This document shows, piece after piece, positions 26,125 to 37,059 of a stretch of DNA of 64,000 nucleotides (positions are counted from its first letter, which is position 1; each line of letters opens with the position of its first letter). A program made the translations under genes and the position numbers. Source of the DNA: Lophium mytilinum (Eukaryota); the NCBI GenBank assembly GCA_010093605.1, contig MU004190.1, forward strand, positions 434,001 through 498,000, in the 5' to 3' direction. Below the pieces are notes generated by a model. That model did no database searches and was not told the DNA's origin. It saw nothing but the letters and a program-made list of their open reading frames with translations.

Positions 26125-26591
26125 CCTATTTCATCAGTGTGGATGTAGGTGTTGTGTTGTAGAAGACAGGACTGGTAGCTGGACGCTATTCTAGTGCCTC
26201 CTATTCTGCCGAGTTAGCGGCATAGAAAACCAACCCAGGCCAGGCACGGTACCTCTCATTTGCTTCAATCATATTTATCACGTATTCCCAGTCAACTGCA
26301 CGCGAAACCCTTCCTGTAGATTCATCTTATCCTATTCGACTTCCAAAATTGCTGCGTACCTAGCTTCGTTGACGAGTGTACGTAGCCGCTGTTTCGCCCC
26401 CAAGAGAAATGTAGCTGGAACTTAGAAATATATGCAGGTGGGCAAGGCTGTGAGTCCGCTAACATTTCCTTTTAATCTCTTCTTGTGAACCATCACCTGT
26501 TCATCGTTGTCCGAATGTCTTATTCTCGTCAATTCTGCTTCATCTATACCTTCAGCCTCATAAAAACGTACCTTGGATGATTTCATGAACA

Positions 26592-27000
26592 ATGGATCCC
26601 TTTCGGCCTCGTCGTCGGCGGACTCAAGAATCTAAAGCTTCTTCAAACAGCTACGAACATCGCCATCGATGCTCCCAAATCTGCAACCACAGTGCTACAA
26701 GAAGTAACCGACTTAGTAGTAGCTCTGAGTTCATTGCAAGCATATTTGATGGGTGCGGCTGCCACCACCAATTCCCAGGCAGCGCTTGTGTCATTGGATA
26801 ATATCGTAGTGACGTAGACGGGATGTGTAACATCATACTTCAAGCTCGAGGCTGTTACTGAGAAGTGTTGTTCGCTACCTTCAATAGGGTCCCTCGACCG
26901 AGCGAAGTGGGCCTTCCACGAGTATAAGATTAACAGCATTATCCAACGTCTACAGAGACATAACACATCTATGATAAGGATGTTGCAGATCTTACAAGCG
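26592..27000 (+). pseudogene. Disrupted HeLo-like (fungal STAND N-terminal type) domain gene
   Basis: ATG GAT CCC then a 1-nt frameshift into FGLVVGGLKNLKLLQTATNIAIDAPKSATTVLQEVTDLVVALSSLQAYLMG...IVVT*TGCV...DRAKWAFHEYKINSIIQRLQRHNTSMIRMLQILQ. In-frame TAG at 26815-26817; ends at a GTAAGC donor. Confidence 0.75.
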
Positions 27001-27399
27001 TAAGCTGTACATGACTGCCGTATTATATCATCCAAATCTGTACCAGACATACACAACAAGAGGGTTTGTGTGCTATGTTAATTAGATGATGCCCATCACC
27101 ACAACCTCTCAGATTTCTCGGCACTCTATACGCGCTTTACCATCTCCCGCCATGCCGCCTTCACTCCTCACTTCTCACACTTTACCTCTTCTCACTTCCT
27201 TATGAACGTTCCCTATCAACTTCTTCTCGATTCTAGAAATAATGCTCCCTATCCACTTCCAATTCACACCCACCTATATAAACCCCCCATCCCCCACCCT
27301 CCTTCTCTCCTCCGTCCAACAACCAACCCTCCCGCCTCCACCCTCCATCCTCCACCCTCCACCCTTCCACCACCACCCGCATCCCAACCCGCACCCACT

Positions 27400-28461
27400 A
27401 TGGCCGACAAAGCTCTCAAGGCCAAGGTCTCCGCGGCTGTGGAGGAGATCCTCTCCAACTGGGACTGTACCGTCGATCGCATCCTCCCAAACGACCTCCA
27501 CCCACGCGTCCCAACTGCCGGAGGCAACAAGCGCCTAATCGGCGAGGTTGCTCCCATGCTCCCACCCTCGGACTGGTCCAAGAACTTCGTCTTCCCCCTC
27601 CGCGAAATCTCAAAGCTCACCATCGGCAAGATGCCTATGGGCCTCCAGTTTCTCCAGGTTGCGGTCCTAGAGCGCCAATCCGACACATCCCACAACTATC
27701 GGAAGGTCGGGGAACTGCTGGCATCCGACGTCAAGAGGGCGGTGGAACTGGTGAAAAAAGAGCAGCAGGACGTGAATGCGCTGGCGGACACCCTGGGAAG
27801 TGCTGGGATCGAGAGGAATCCTGCTGGGAAGGGCAAGGAACAGGCTGCTGGTTCCCCGATGGTCCCCGACAGCTCCCATCTTCGCTGCACGGTTAACCCC
27901 AAGATGGCCCGCGAATTCCGGCAGGAAATGGCGAAGAAGGAGGCAGAGCTTGAGGAAGAGGAGGTGGAGCCGCTGGTACTCATTGTGGCTATTGAGGAGA
28001 ATTGGGAGATTGACATCGACGACTGCCTCTCTCGCACCCCCCTGGACGTCCGCCCTTTCATCCACAAGAAGCCGAAAGAGCGCACACAGCGTCAGCCTCA
28101 TCCCCTCTCCCCACCCCCCATTGCGTATGATCCCAACTGGGAGGCCACCTGGCGTGCCTCGGTTCCTGGACCCAATGCCTCCAAAAAGGAAATGAAGACG
28201 TACATGGAGGCCCAGGCGGTGGTTATGGCGGCGGACCCGGAGTGGGACTTCAAGAACCCGATGGATTGGGACCTCCTCCTCCTGCACCTTCTCACAATTC
28301 TCTCAAAAGTCACCAATGGGCAGCATCGCGTGGTACAAATGGCACTTGTTGAGGCGGTCCGCGTGCGCCAAAAGACGAAATATGCCAAGAAGACTGATGA
28401 GCTCCAGCCCGGCGATGTGATTCGGGTCCTGAAAGATGTTCTTGGACAGGTGCTTACCTAG
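27400..28461 (+). CDS. Hypothetical protein with two copies of an unrecognised helical domain
   Basis: 353-aa open frame from ATG 27400 with coding-like codon usage, an upstream TATATAA (~27275) and an internal duplication visible by eye. Confidence 0.8.
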   Translation: MADKALKAKVSAAVEEILSNWDCTVDRILPNDLHPRVPTAGGNKRLIGEVAPMLPPSDWSKNFVFPLREISKLTIGKMPMGLQFLQVAVLERQSDTSHNYRKVGELLASDVKRAVELVKKEQQDVNALADTLGSAGIERNPAGKGKEQAAGSPMVPDSSHLRCTVNPKMAREFRQEMAKKEAELEEEEVEPLVLIVAIEENWEIDIDDCLSRTPLDVRPFIHKKPKERTQRQPHPLSPPPIAYDPNWEATWRASVPGPNASKKEMKTYMEAQAVVMAADPEWDFKNPMDWDLLLLHLLTILSKVTNGQHRVVQMALVEAVRVRQKTKYAKKTDELQPGDVIRVLKDVLGQVLT

Positions 28462-28577
28462 CCCAGGGGTGCTTCGAGGGGGTTTTTGGGGCGGGCAAAA
28501 GCGTTGCTTTCTTGGTCTGATATTTGGAGTTTGGAGTTTGGGATGCCTAGGAGGATTGATACCCATATACTGGCCAG

Positions 28578-28913
28578 ATTGGCCCTACTTAGCGAATGAA
28601 CTGCGACCCTATACACCTTCAAAAGTGCCCCTGGAGTAACTGAAATCGTGAAACTGTGATGTCATGTTCTAGAGACTGTGAATTGGACCTTGTTCGATAG
28701 CGTGCCATTTAAGCCTTGAATTTCTTATGGTTGCGATATTGGCCATGTTTACCTTGTAAATTGCGACCCTATACGCCCTCAAAAGCGCCCCTGGACTAAC
28801 TGAAATTCTGAGGCTGTGATGTCATGTTCTAGACACCATGAATTGGACCTTGTTCGATATCGTGCTAATCGAGTGTCGGATTTCTTACAGCTGCGATATT
28901 GGCCCTACTTAGC
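28578..28913. repeat. Tandem repeat, 160-bp unit, ~2.1 copies
   Basis: TGCGACCCTATAC..CAAAAG.GCCCCTGGA.TAACTGAAAT...GATGTCATGTTCTAGA...GAATTGGACCTTGTTCGATA starts at 28602 and 28762. ATTGGCCCTACTTAGC occurs at 28578 and 28898. Confidence 0.92.
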
Positions 28914-29009
28914 TCTACTCTTGCTCGTTCGACGCTACTGTATGGAGTACCTCAGCTAGTAGTTCCTAGCCCAGTCAAAGGGTAGTCTGGTTTCCACATC
29001 TTTGGCCTT

Positions 29010-30597
29010 TTAAGTCGTACCTGAATGACCCTCTCTAGCCTTAAACCTAACCCACACATCGTACCACTTCACAACAAAAAAGCATTCTTCCCTAAACTCG
29101 GCCCCACACTCCCTCCTCGCATCCGCCTCCTCCAAGACCTCAATTTCAAAATGCAAAAATATCGCCGCCACCGCCTTCGTAAGAGTGACCCACGCCAGAT
29201 AACGACCAGGACAACTCCTACTCGGCCCGCCGAACGCCAAACTATGCGCATCCATCTCATATTTACGCTCCCTGGTCGCCTCGAGATACCGCTCCGGCCG
29301 GAAGTCTTCAGCATCTTCTCCGTATATCCCCTGATCGCGGTGCACGACCCAAGGATTCGCGCCTATTACGGTTCCGGCGGGGATATTGTGACCCTCAACC
29401 ACGGCACCGGAAGTCGGCACAACGCGAGGGAGGCTCACGCCAATGACGGTGGTAAGGCGCATTGCTTCATTCAAGCAGGCGTGCAGATATGGCAGGTTGG
29501 CTACCTGTTCGTAGGCAGGGGAGTCGTCTAGCTGGCCTTCCTTCCTGGCGTTGTCGAGCTCGGCATGCAGTTTTGTCTGACATCCCTGGCTTCGACCGAT
29601 ACGGCCCAGGCAAGCGGAAAGGGTCATGCCCAGCGTGTCAAAGCCGGCTGCAATGATGTGTACGATCGTTGTAGCGGCCCATTGGGGCTTGAAGTTGGGG
29701 TGGGAAGCGGCGAATCGGGCGATGTCGCTCGCGATGTCTGCATGAGTTTCAGAGGTGGTGGTGGCGGATTGGGCGCGGGAGGTGAGTTGGGCGATGTAGA
29801 ACTATGAAGGATTAGCTGAATGTGAAGCAAGAAGCGGGGGAGAGAGCCACCTTGATGACATTCAGATTATGTGTAGTAGGCTCCGACAGTAACGGTAAGC
29901 CAATGTTGCGCAGCTTCTCAGCGGTCCAGGTGTATCTCCGCCACATGTCAGGAACCAAGCCAACCCACTGAACCTTCTGCCAGAAAATATCGATATCTTT
30001 CGCGTTGTCCCGATCATCTCCAGCACTGATGTAATCCATCGACTCCGCAAACGTAATCTCGGTCAATAGATCAAGAGCTAGGATATTCATCCACTTCACC
30101 AGATCCACCGGCTTTCCACCTTCCTCCTTCATCTTCGCGACAAACTTCCCCATGGGCTTATCTAGTAGCCCTTCTCGCCTCTTGACAGCTTCGGTCGTGA
30201 ACGCTGGGCCAATCAGTCTCCGCTGCGCGTGGTACTTCTTCATGTCCGATTCGCCGAGAAGATTCATCCCCTCAGGGTCCTTGGAAGCGATTGTCTCATA
30301 CCAGCGGGATTTCACGAACGGAGAACTGGCGCCGTAGACCAGTTTAATGTTTTTAGGGTCTGAGAGAGACACTTCGTTGGGGGATAGGCGCACGATGGGG
30401 CCGTAGGTTTTGTGAAGGCTGATTTCGAGGTGATGGCGATGTAGTGCACGCGAGTGGTAGACGAGCCATAGTGGAGTGATACTGGCGAGAAATGGGCCAG
30501 GGACTTTAGAGAGGGGATGGAGAAAGCGTTGATAGTAGATATAGGAGAGGAGCGAGAGAAAGGGAGAGCAGTAGAGGAAAGTAAGGAGGTTGGACAT
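29010..30597 (-). CDS. Cytochrome P450 monooxygenase (pisatin demethylase/benzoate hydroxylase-like clan)
   Basis: N-terminal TM plus HPLSKVPGP, YGPIVRLSPNEVS, I-helix AAGFDT, EAMR, FRPERY and heme motif FGGPSRSCPG. One intron at ~29803-29850 restores the frame. Confidence 0.93.
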
Positions 30598-31476
30598 CTT
30601 CGAAGATCTCTATATATGGAAGGAAACGCAGAATAAAATTTGACCTTAAGAGAGCATGAGGGTTATTAGCAGAGGTGCGGCGGCTTTTGAGGAAGAAAGA
30701 GGTATTTTTCAAGCTTTCAAAGCCGAGGACTTCATAACGGAAGGTACAGGATCGCCATGTCCGCGTCAGCATGGGTACGATTCAATTGCTATGAAGGTAG
30801 TAGCTTTAAGAAACTACACAGGGGCATAAATGATGAGTAATGAGGCAGTGTTGCAAGTTTTTGTGACTTCCAAGTCAAACAATGTTGCAGGACGAGTTGG
30901 TCACCGTAAGAGGTTAGAACAGTCTGACGAGTCTTGATGATCTCTGATGTATTTTAGAACGTCCGGCTATTGATTTCGGTGCTACCAGATCTCCAATGCC
31001 AGCCTACCTAGTCCAATATCTTCTACATATAGAGAGTAGCGTTAGAAGCATTCTCTTACTTTAAGGTCTGAGGGTCCTAAGAAGTAGTAGTTTCACTCAA
31101 GAAGCAATCCGTGTACTAATTAGGGCGCACAACATTTTGAGAAGAACCGAGAAAGAAGGAAACCGTACACTGTTTGAGAGATAGCGTCATGGAGAACGTT
31201 TCCAATTAACAAGAGATGAATTAAGCTTCGAGTGAACAGGAGGGGAAGAAGTGGAGGTCGGGAAAATGTATCGCCGTTCGCCGATGGTGGCCCATGCACC
31301 GCCATGTCATAGTTCCCTGGTACTTCACTTGCGCTCTGATTATCGAACTTTTGCATATATTTCTCACGATTTACGACTCACGAATCTCTTCTCCTGCTGG
31401 TCAGACACCACCGCAACTTACCTTTTCCTTAGCTTCCGAACACGCGCAACAAGCTGCAACTCAAAGATACCCCACC

Positions 31477-34225
31477 ATGCCTCCTCGCGCAGGTCACTCG
31501 AGAGTGAAAGCCCTCGACTACGACGACGATGATGTGTATAGCGACGACGACTTGGACGAAGGCGACGGAGATGGTATGCCCTGCGCAAAGCTCACAAACT
31601 CTCTGAGAACTCTCTGCTAACGAATTGTCCTCAGGAATGACTGACGAAGATAAAGGTACAATACCTAACTATCGAGACACCTCATTTGTAACACACGGAA
31701 TTTGTTCTGACACGGATGGGATGATAGAGCAACTGCGACTGGGTACGATAAATGTGAAGTCAGCATTAGGCCCGAGCCTCTCAATACCAGACACGGAAAT
31801 CCAAGAAGCATTATGGCATTACTATTTCGATGTGGCCAAGGCAGTGTCATACTTAAAGAGTAAGAGAGTTTGTGAACCCTTTCGCTCAAGATACGATGCT
31901 TATATTATACCAGACAAGCTCGCCCCAAAACCTGTGGCACAAACGAAAAAGCAGAAGCCGATCTCACGGTTTGACCAAGCAGCTGCGAGCACCTCTGGTG
32001 AGTCTCAATCATTTCTGCCTTCATGTCAAGACACAACCACTGCCCTCGGCCGACCGGACTTGGACTATACCCCTCTCCTAATGCCGATCTACGCCCTAGA
32101 GGCTGCGCGCGAACTTGACTGGTCTGACATCGGTTCAGGCGCAGCATCTATCCACCCGCCTGTGCTGTCACCATACGCCGAACAACATCATCTTATGTCT
32201 GCTGCCCATTTCTTCGAAGACACTCCATGGTTGAACGTTCCAGACCATCGCCGTGGAGACATACTCATCGAACCATTGTCTCCTCGTGGTGGACTCCTCG
32301 GTGGTTCCTCCAAGCTAGCAGCTCTGGCCGCAGCGCGAAAGAAGAAACAAGAAGAAGCGAAAGCCGCATCCACTCTGCAGGCTGCTAGTTCTGCAGATGG
32401 ACAAGAGACGGATCGGGCTGTGTCTCTTCTAGATCGCCTCAATGCCAAAGGAAAGCCCAGGGACGGCCTTCTCCTGGCCAAGCTTCAACCTGCCGAAGAA
32501 TCGAGCGCTGGAAAGCCTGCTCAGATGAGATATTCGGCGAAGAAGAAGAAATCACCAACTCCACCTCCCTTGAAAAGAGAAGAAGAGCCCACCCAGTTCA
32601 AGGCGACCCCCGATCCAATTGTACCAGTACCGGATATCCGAGCTCCTCCTTCAACATTTGCAGCAACCATGATTGGATTCTTCAACCAAGGCATCCAGGC
32701 CCGTTCTCCGGAGGGCAACCTGTTTTCATTGCCGTTCATCCGCACAAAGCAAACCGCTGACCTAGACCCGTTCGCAGGTCCAAGTCCAGATGACATCGTG
32801 ATGAATGCGCAAGCTAAGGGAACTAAGCCAAAAAAGGGTACTTCGAAGCCTGCATCTGGGGACAAAGCCACTAACGACGTCACGAATTCTGTATCTGCTC
32901 TATCGGTAGAAGAAGCCCCAAGAGTAAAGAGTAAGAATTTGGACGTCTTGAAAGAGTTTGAGAAATCTGATATGAAAAGAATGGCGAACTTCGTCGTCAT
33001 TGGTCATGTTGATCATGGCAAGAGTACACTGATGGGCCGCCTACTGTACGATCTCAAGGTCATAGACCAAAGGTCCGTCGACAAATTACGAAAAGAAGCG
33101 GAGACCATTGGAAAGTCTTCCTTCGCACTAGCATGGGTTATGGACCAAACATCCGAAGAAAGAAGTCGAGGTGTGACTGTTGACATTGCTACAAACTTTT
33201 TCGAGACGGAAAAGACAAAGTTCACGATACTCGACGCACCCGGTCACCAAGACTTCATCCCCAACATGATCGCAGGTGCCAGCCAGGCCGACTTCGCAGT
33301 CCTTGTCATCGATGCCGGCATCAACAGCTTCGAATCCGGACTCAAAGGTCAAACAAAAGAGCACGCAATGCTCGTCCGCAGCATGGGTGTCCAACGCCTC
33401 GTTGTGGCAGTCAACAAGATGGACACAGTCCAATGGAGCAAGGAGCGCTTCGACGAAATCTCCCAACAAATGACCGCCTTCCTCGTCTCGGCCTCCTTCG
33501 CCGCCAAAAACCTCACCTTCATCCCCTGCGCCGGCCTCACAGGCGGCAACATCATCCGCCCACCCCCCGCCAAAACATTCCCAGACGAATGGTACACTGG
33601 CCCAACCTTGATCGAAGCCCTCGACGCTTCCGAGCCCGCGAAACGTGCCCTCACACTCCCCCTCCGCCTCACTGTCTCCGACGTCTTCCGCGGCGGTATC
33701 ATGCACCCACTCTCCATCTCCGGCCGCCTCGACGCCGGCTCCTGCCAAGTCGGCGACACCGTCCTCGCCATGCCGGCGGGCGAAGCCGCAACCATCAAAG
33801 GCATCGAGTCCGAAAGCGAGTCCGTCGACTGGGCCGTTGCGGGACAAATTGTCACCCTCCATCTTGCGGACATCGACCCCGTGCATCTCCGCCTCGGCGA
33901 CATCATCTGCACCCCTAATAACCCTATCCAAAACATCAAACGCTTCACAGCGAAGATACTGGCATTCGAGGACGTGTTCCCGATGTCTGTGGACGTGTTC
34001 CGCGGCCGGATGAATGCGCCGGCGAAGGTGGTACGGCTGGTGAGTACGCTGAATAAGGCGAGTGGGGCGGTGGAGAAGAAGAAGCCGCGGATCGTGGCGC
34101 CGGGCGCGCTGGCGAAGGTAGTGGTGGAGTTGGAGAGGGAGATGCCGCTGGAGGTGGGGACAAGGGTGGTGTTGAGGGCGGGTGGGGATACGGTGGCCGC
34201 GGGATTGCTGGAGAGTGTGGAATGA
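31477..34225 (+). CDS. HBS1: HBS1/SKI7 translational GTPase
   Basis: HBS1 N-domain (IQEALWHYYFDVAKAVSYL), GTPase motifs GHVDHGKST, ERSRGVTVD, DAPGH and NKMD, and EF-Tu domains II/III. Introns 31574-31634, 31656-31727, 31860-31913; a further GTGAGT donor at ~31998. Confidence 0.93.
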
Positions 34226-34335
34226 GGTGATAGGATGCTATCGAATGTGTAGAATATGACATGTCGATTTCAAAATTTCGCACCTGCCAGACTGGCTTCA
34301 GAAGTGTACCCATTGTGCCAAAATGCACGTACACC

Positions 34336-34427
34336 TGGTCTAAATCACGGGGTATAGAATGTGACATCTCGGGTTTCACGATTTCAATTAGTCCAGGGGC
34401 GCTTTTGAGGGTGTAAAGGGTCGCAAT
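34336..34427 (-). repeat. Inverted partial copy of the 160-bp repeat at 28.6-28.9 kb
   Basis: Reverse complement reads AATTGCGACCCTTTACACCCTCAAAAGCGCCCCTGGACTAATTGAAATCGTGAAAC...GATGTCACATTCTA, matching ~28759-28850. Confidence 0.9.
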
Positions 34428-35272
34428 TGGGAAGCTGGAGCAGTGATATATCTGTGCACACAAGATCATGATCTAGTACTGTAGCCTATATTCTAGGTGT
34501 TAGACTAGAGTGCACACCCGTTTGCCGCCGTCTGAGGTGGCTCAGCTAGATAATTGGCTGTAGAAAAAGATAAGCTCCCGGTCATTGAAAGGACATTCAG
34601 GTCCCTCAAACAGTGGTAGGGGAACCTACAAAATGCACGCCTGGGAATTATCGTTGCAGAATGCCTCCATCAGCAGAGAAAGCAGCGCTATCATAACACA
34701 GCATCATTACACAACATACACAAGCTTCACACTCACATTCAAAGGCAAGAAAAATCTCAAGCAAAACCCGTATTGGATTGCGCCTCTCTAACTCGCTGCA
34801 TAGACTCCACTCCATGAATCCCTCCTAACTACAGCACACGACGCTCAGCACAGACCGGGGGGTATAGAAAGGCCTGATCCGTCTCCAACGCTCGCTTGCT
34901 AAAGAGCATGGCCGCTGCAAAGTATGACCCAAAATAACAAGAAAAGGGAAAGGTATGGTGAACATGGGGTTTGGTGGGGGATTGGTATGTGTGGAAATCT
35001 GAAAATCGCTCCTTGGTGGATGCTAGACTTTATAGCTGATCTGGGGAGTCGTGCAAATGTGCCATTGTTGCCGAGGACCCTGGAAATTGTTGCGGGATGA
35101 CTGACGTGGGGAAGGGGAAGGTGTGTTGCAGAACGCAGGGGAAGTTCTAGCTCGCAGATTGGGGAATTAGAGTCGCGGCGAGAGATGCCCATGAATCGGA
35201 GATGTGCTCGAAGGCGTCGCGTGATCCGTTCATATTGACAGCACGCGTAGCGTTGACAAGCAAGTTGTGTTC

Positions 35273-36391
35273 TTATTTCGCCTCCTCTGGCTTAGTCTCC
35301 CAACCTTGATGATCGTCCAAGGGGCCCGAGGTCGCTGACATTCCGGGAGCCGGGGTAACAGCCGGGATAGCAGGTAGAGCGGATTCGGCAGTCTTAGTCT
35401 CAGCGGGCGTGTCCGAACTAGTGGCAGGAGCTGGTAGAGCTTCAGCGGGCTCCGCGGCCTCTGCGGCTACCGGAGTAGCAGCAGGGGGCGATGGGGAAGC
35501 CGCTGATTGCAATCGTTAGCCAATGTACTGGCTGAGGAAAGGTGAAATGTGAAGTGTGATAGGGGGAAGGGGGAATAGGAATTGGGAAATTTAAAGGGAT
35601 GGGTATCTTGAAAGGTCGTGAAATCATTGAAGTCGTGTGTTGTTGGCCGTAAGGTCATATTGCCGTGAGAGAGCCATGGATGCTACAGGAGAGGCTGGAT
35701 GTCTCCAGAAGCGGCATCATGAGCTTGCGCTCACTCGTCAATGCACCTGTACCTCCAGCGCGATCCATTGTGGTACTCAGCGGGAGGCAAGTCGGCGTGA
35801 CGGCTGTGATTGGTGGGCCAACTGTAGTTGACGGGGCCCGGAGAAGGAACACGAGGCGGCTTACCGTCAGTAGCTTTCTTGACCTCGGCGAGCGCCTTGA
35901 CCTCTGGAGAGGTTGGGGCACCAGCACCCTCAGCTGGCTTTGGCTCGGCGGGCTTAGCTTCCTCAGCAGTTCTCGCGACCGGCGCACCGGTTTCAGCAGT
36001 CGTCGCGGGCGCGGGAGCAGCCTCAGGAGCGGGAGCTGGCGGCGTGGTCTCGGTGGGCTTGGGGACTTCCGCAGCGGCGGCGGGGGTCTCGGTGGTCGCG
36101 GTGGCAGCGGGCTTGTCTTCTTTCTTTTCCTTCTTCTTCTTGCCGAAGAGGCCCTTGAAGAACTTCTTCGCCGTGTTGACGGTGTCCGGTGCTACACAGG
36201 GCATCGTGTGTTAGAACTGGGTCGCTTGTTGCGCAGGAAGAGCGAGATAGAGGGGAGATGAGCGGAAGCAACGGATGGAGGCCGCGAGGGCAGCACGCGG
36301 GATTTGAAGCTCGACACGGTAAACAGAGGGCACGGGAAGCTGCAGCATGAGGCTGGAGGGGAGGCAGCGGCCACTTACGAACTCCTGGCAT
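35273..36391 (-). CDS. Small Pro/Ala/Glu/Lys-rich disordered protein with basic N-terminal helix
   Basis: Three phase-compatible exons: MPGV (36391-36379), PPDTVNTAKKFFKGLFGKKKK...KKATD (36191-35865) and AASPSPP...SATSGPLDDHQGWETKPEEAK* (35502-35273). Canonical GTAAG donors and CTAAC branch points. Confidence 0.75.
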
Positions 36392-37059
36392 GTTGATTGC
36401 GGTCGAGGTTGCTGAGGCGGACGGGTGTGTGTGGAAGGAGTGCAGCGAAGGCGGGAAGGAGAGATGAGGAAGACGCTCGGAGCTCTCAGGAGTGTTGAGG
36501 CAGCGGTTGTAGGCAGTGGGCAGCTTTTGAGCAGGGTGGTGAGAGCTAGGTAGGAGGCACGGAAGCTGGAGCCGGGCGTGGAGGTTTCGTGGTGGACGAC
36601 GAGGCTCGTTCGAGGTCGCGCCGCACCACGAAGGGCGAAGTCCAAGCTCGGCCCGCCCCAGATTCCGCACGCAATAATCCAGGGTCTACAACGCCGTTTC
36701 GCCCTATTTATAGCCGCATAAATGCTGCACTAATGTCACTGGAGCGAACAATGGCTGCTGTAGTTTCACGACGACGCGCCCCAGCCTCGACACACCTGCA
36801 CCCGCTGTCTGGGGACTGCTCAGCCTTAATCCACGGGGCACATGTGCCTCGCGCCTTCATCATTTGCTGCAGAATCTGTGCTACATACGGTGTAAACAAT
36901 GGCCATGTTCCATCAATTACACGCCCTGTCGCCGTTGCTTGAACCGGCTCGACGCGTCCTGGACCCCACCCTTGATACCGACCCCTGATGACAGTACTCC
37001 GCCGCAATGCAATCCTTCCTGATACATCCCATGCCATTGAACACTGGAAAATCGATAAC

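Noticed and set aside
33128..33948. Antisense ORFs over HBS1 (likewise over the carrier, COQ5, ZNF830-like and orphan genes)
   Set aside because: Shadow frames produced by strong codon bias of the sense genes.
34533..34570. GGTGGCTCAGCTAG, tRNA A-box-like
   Set aside because: No B-box or cloverleaf follows.
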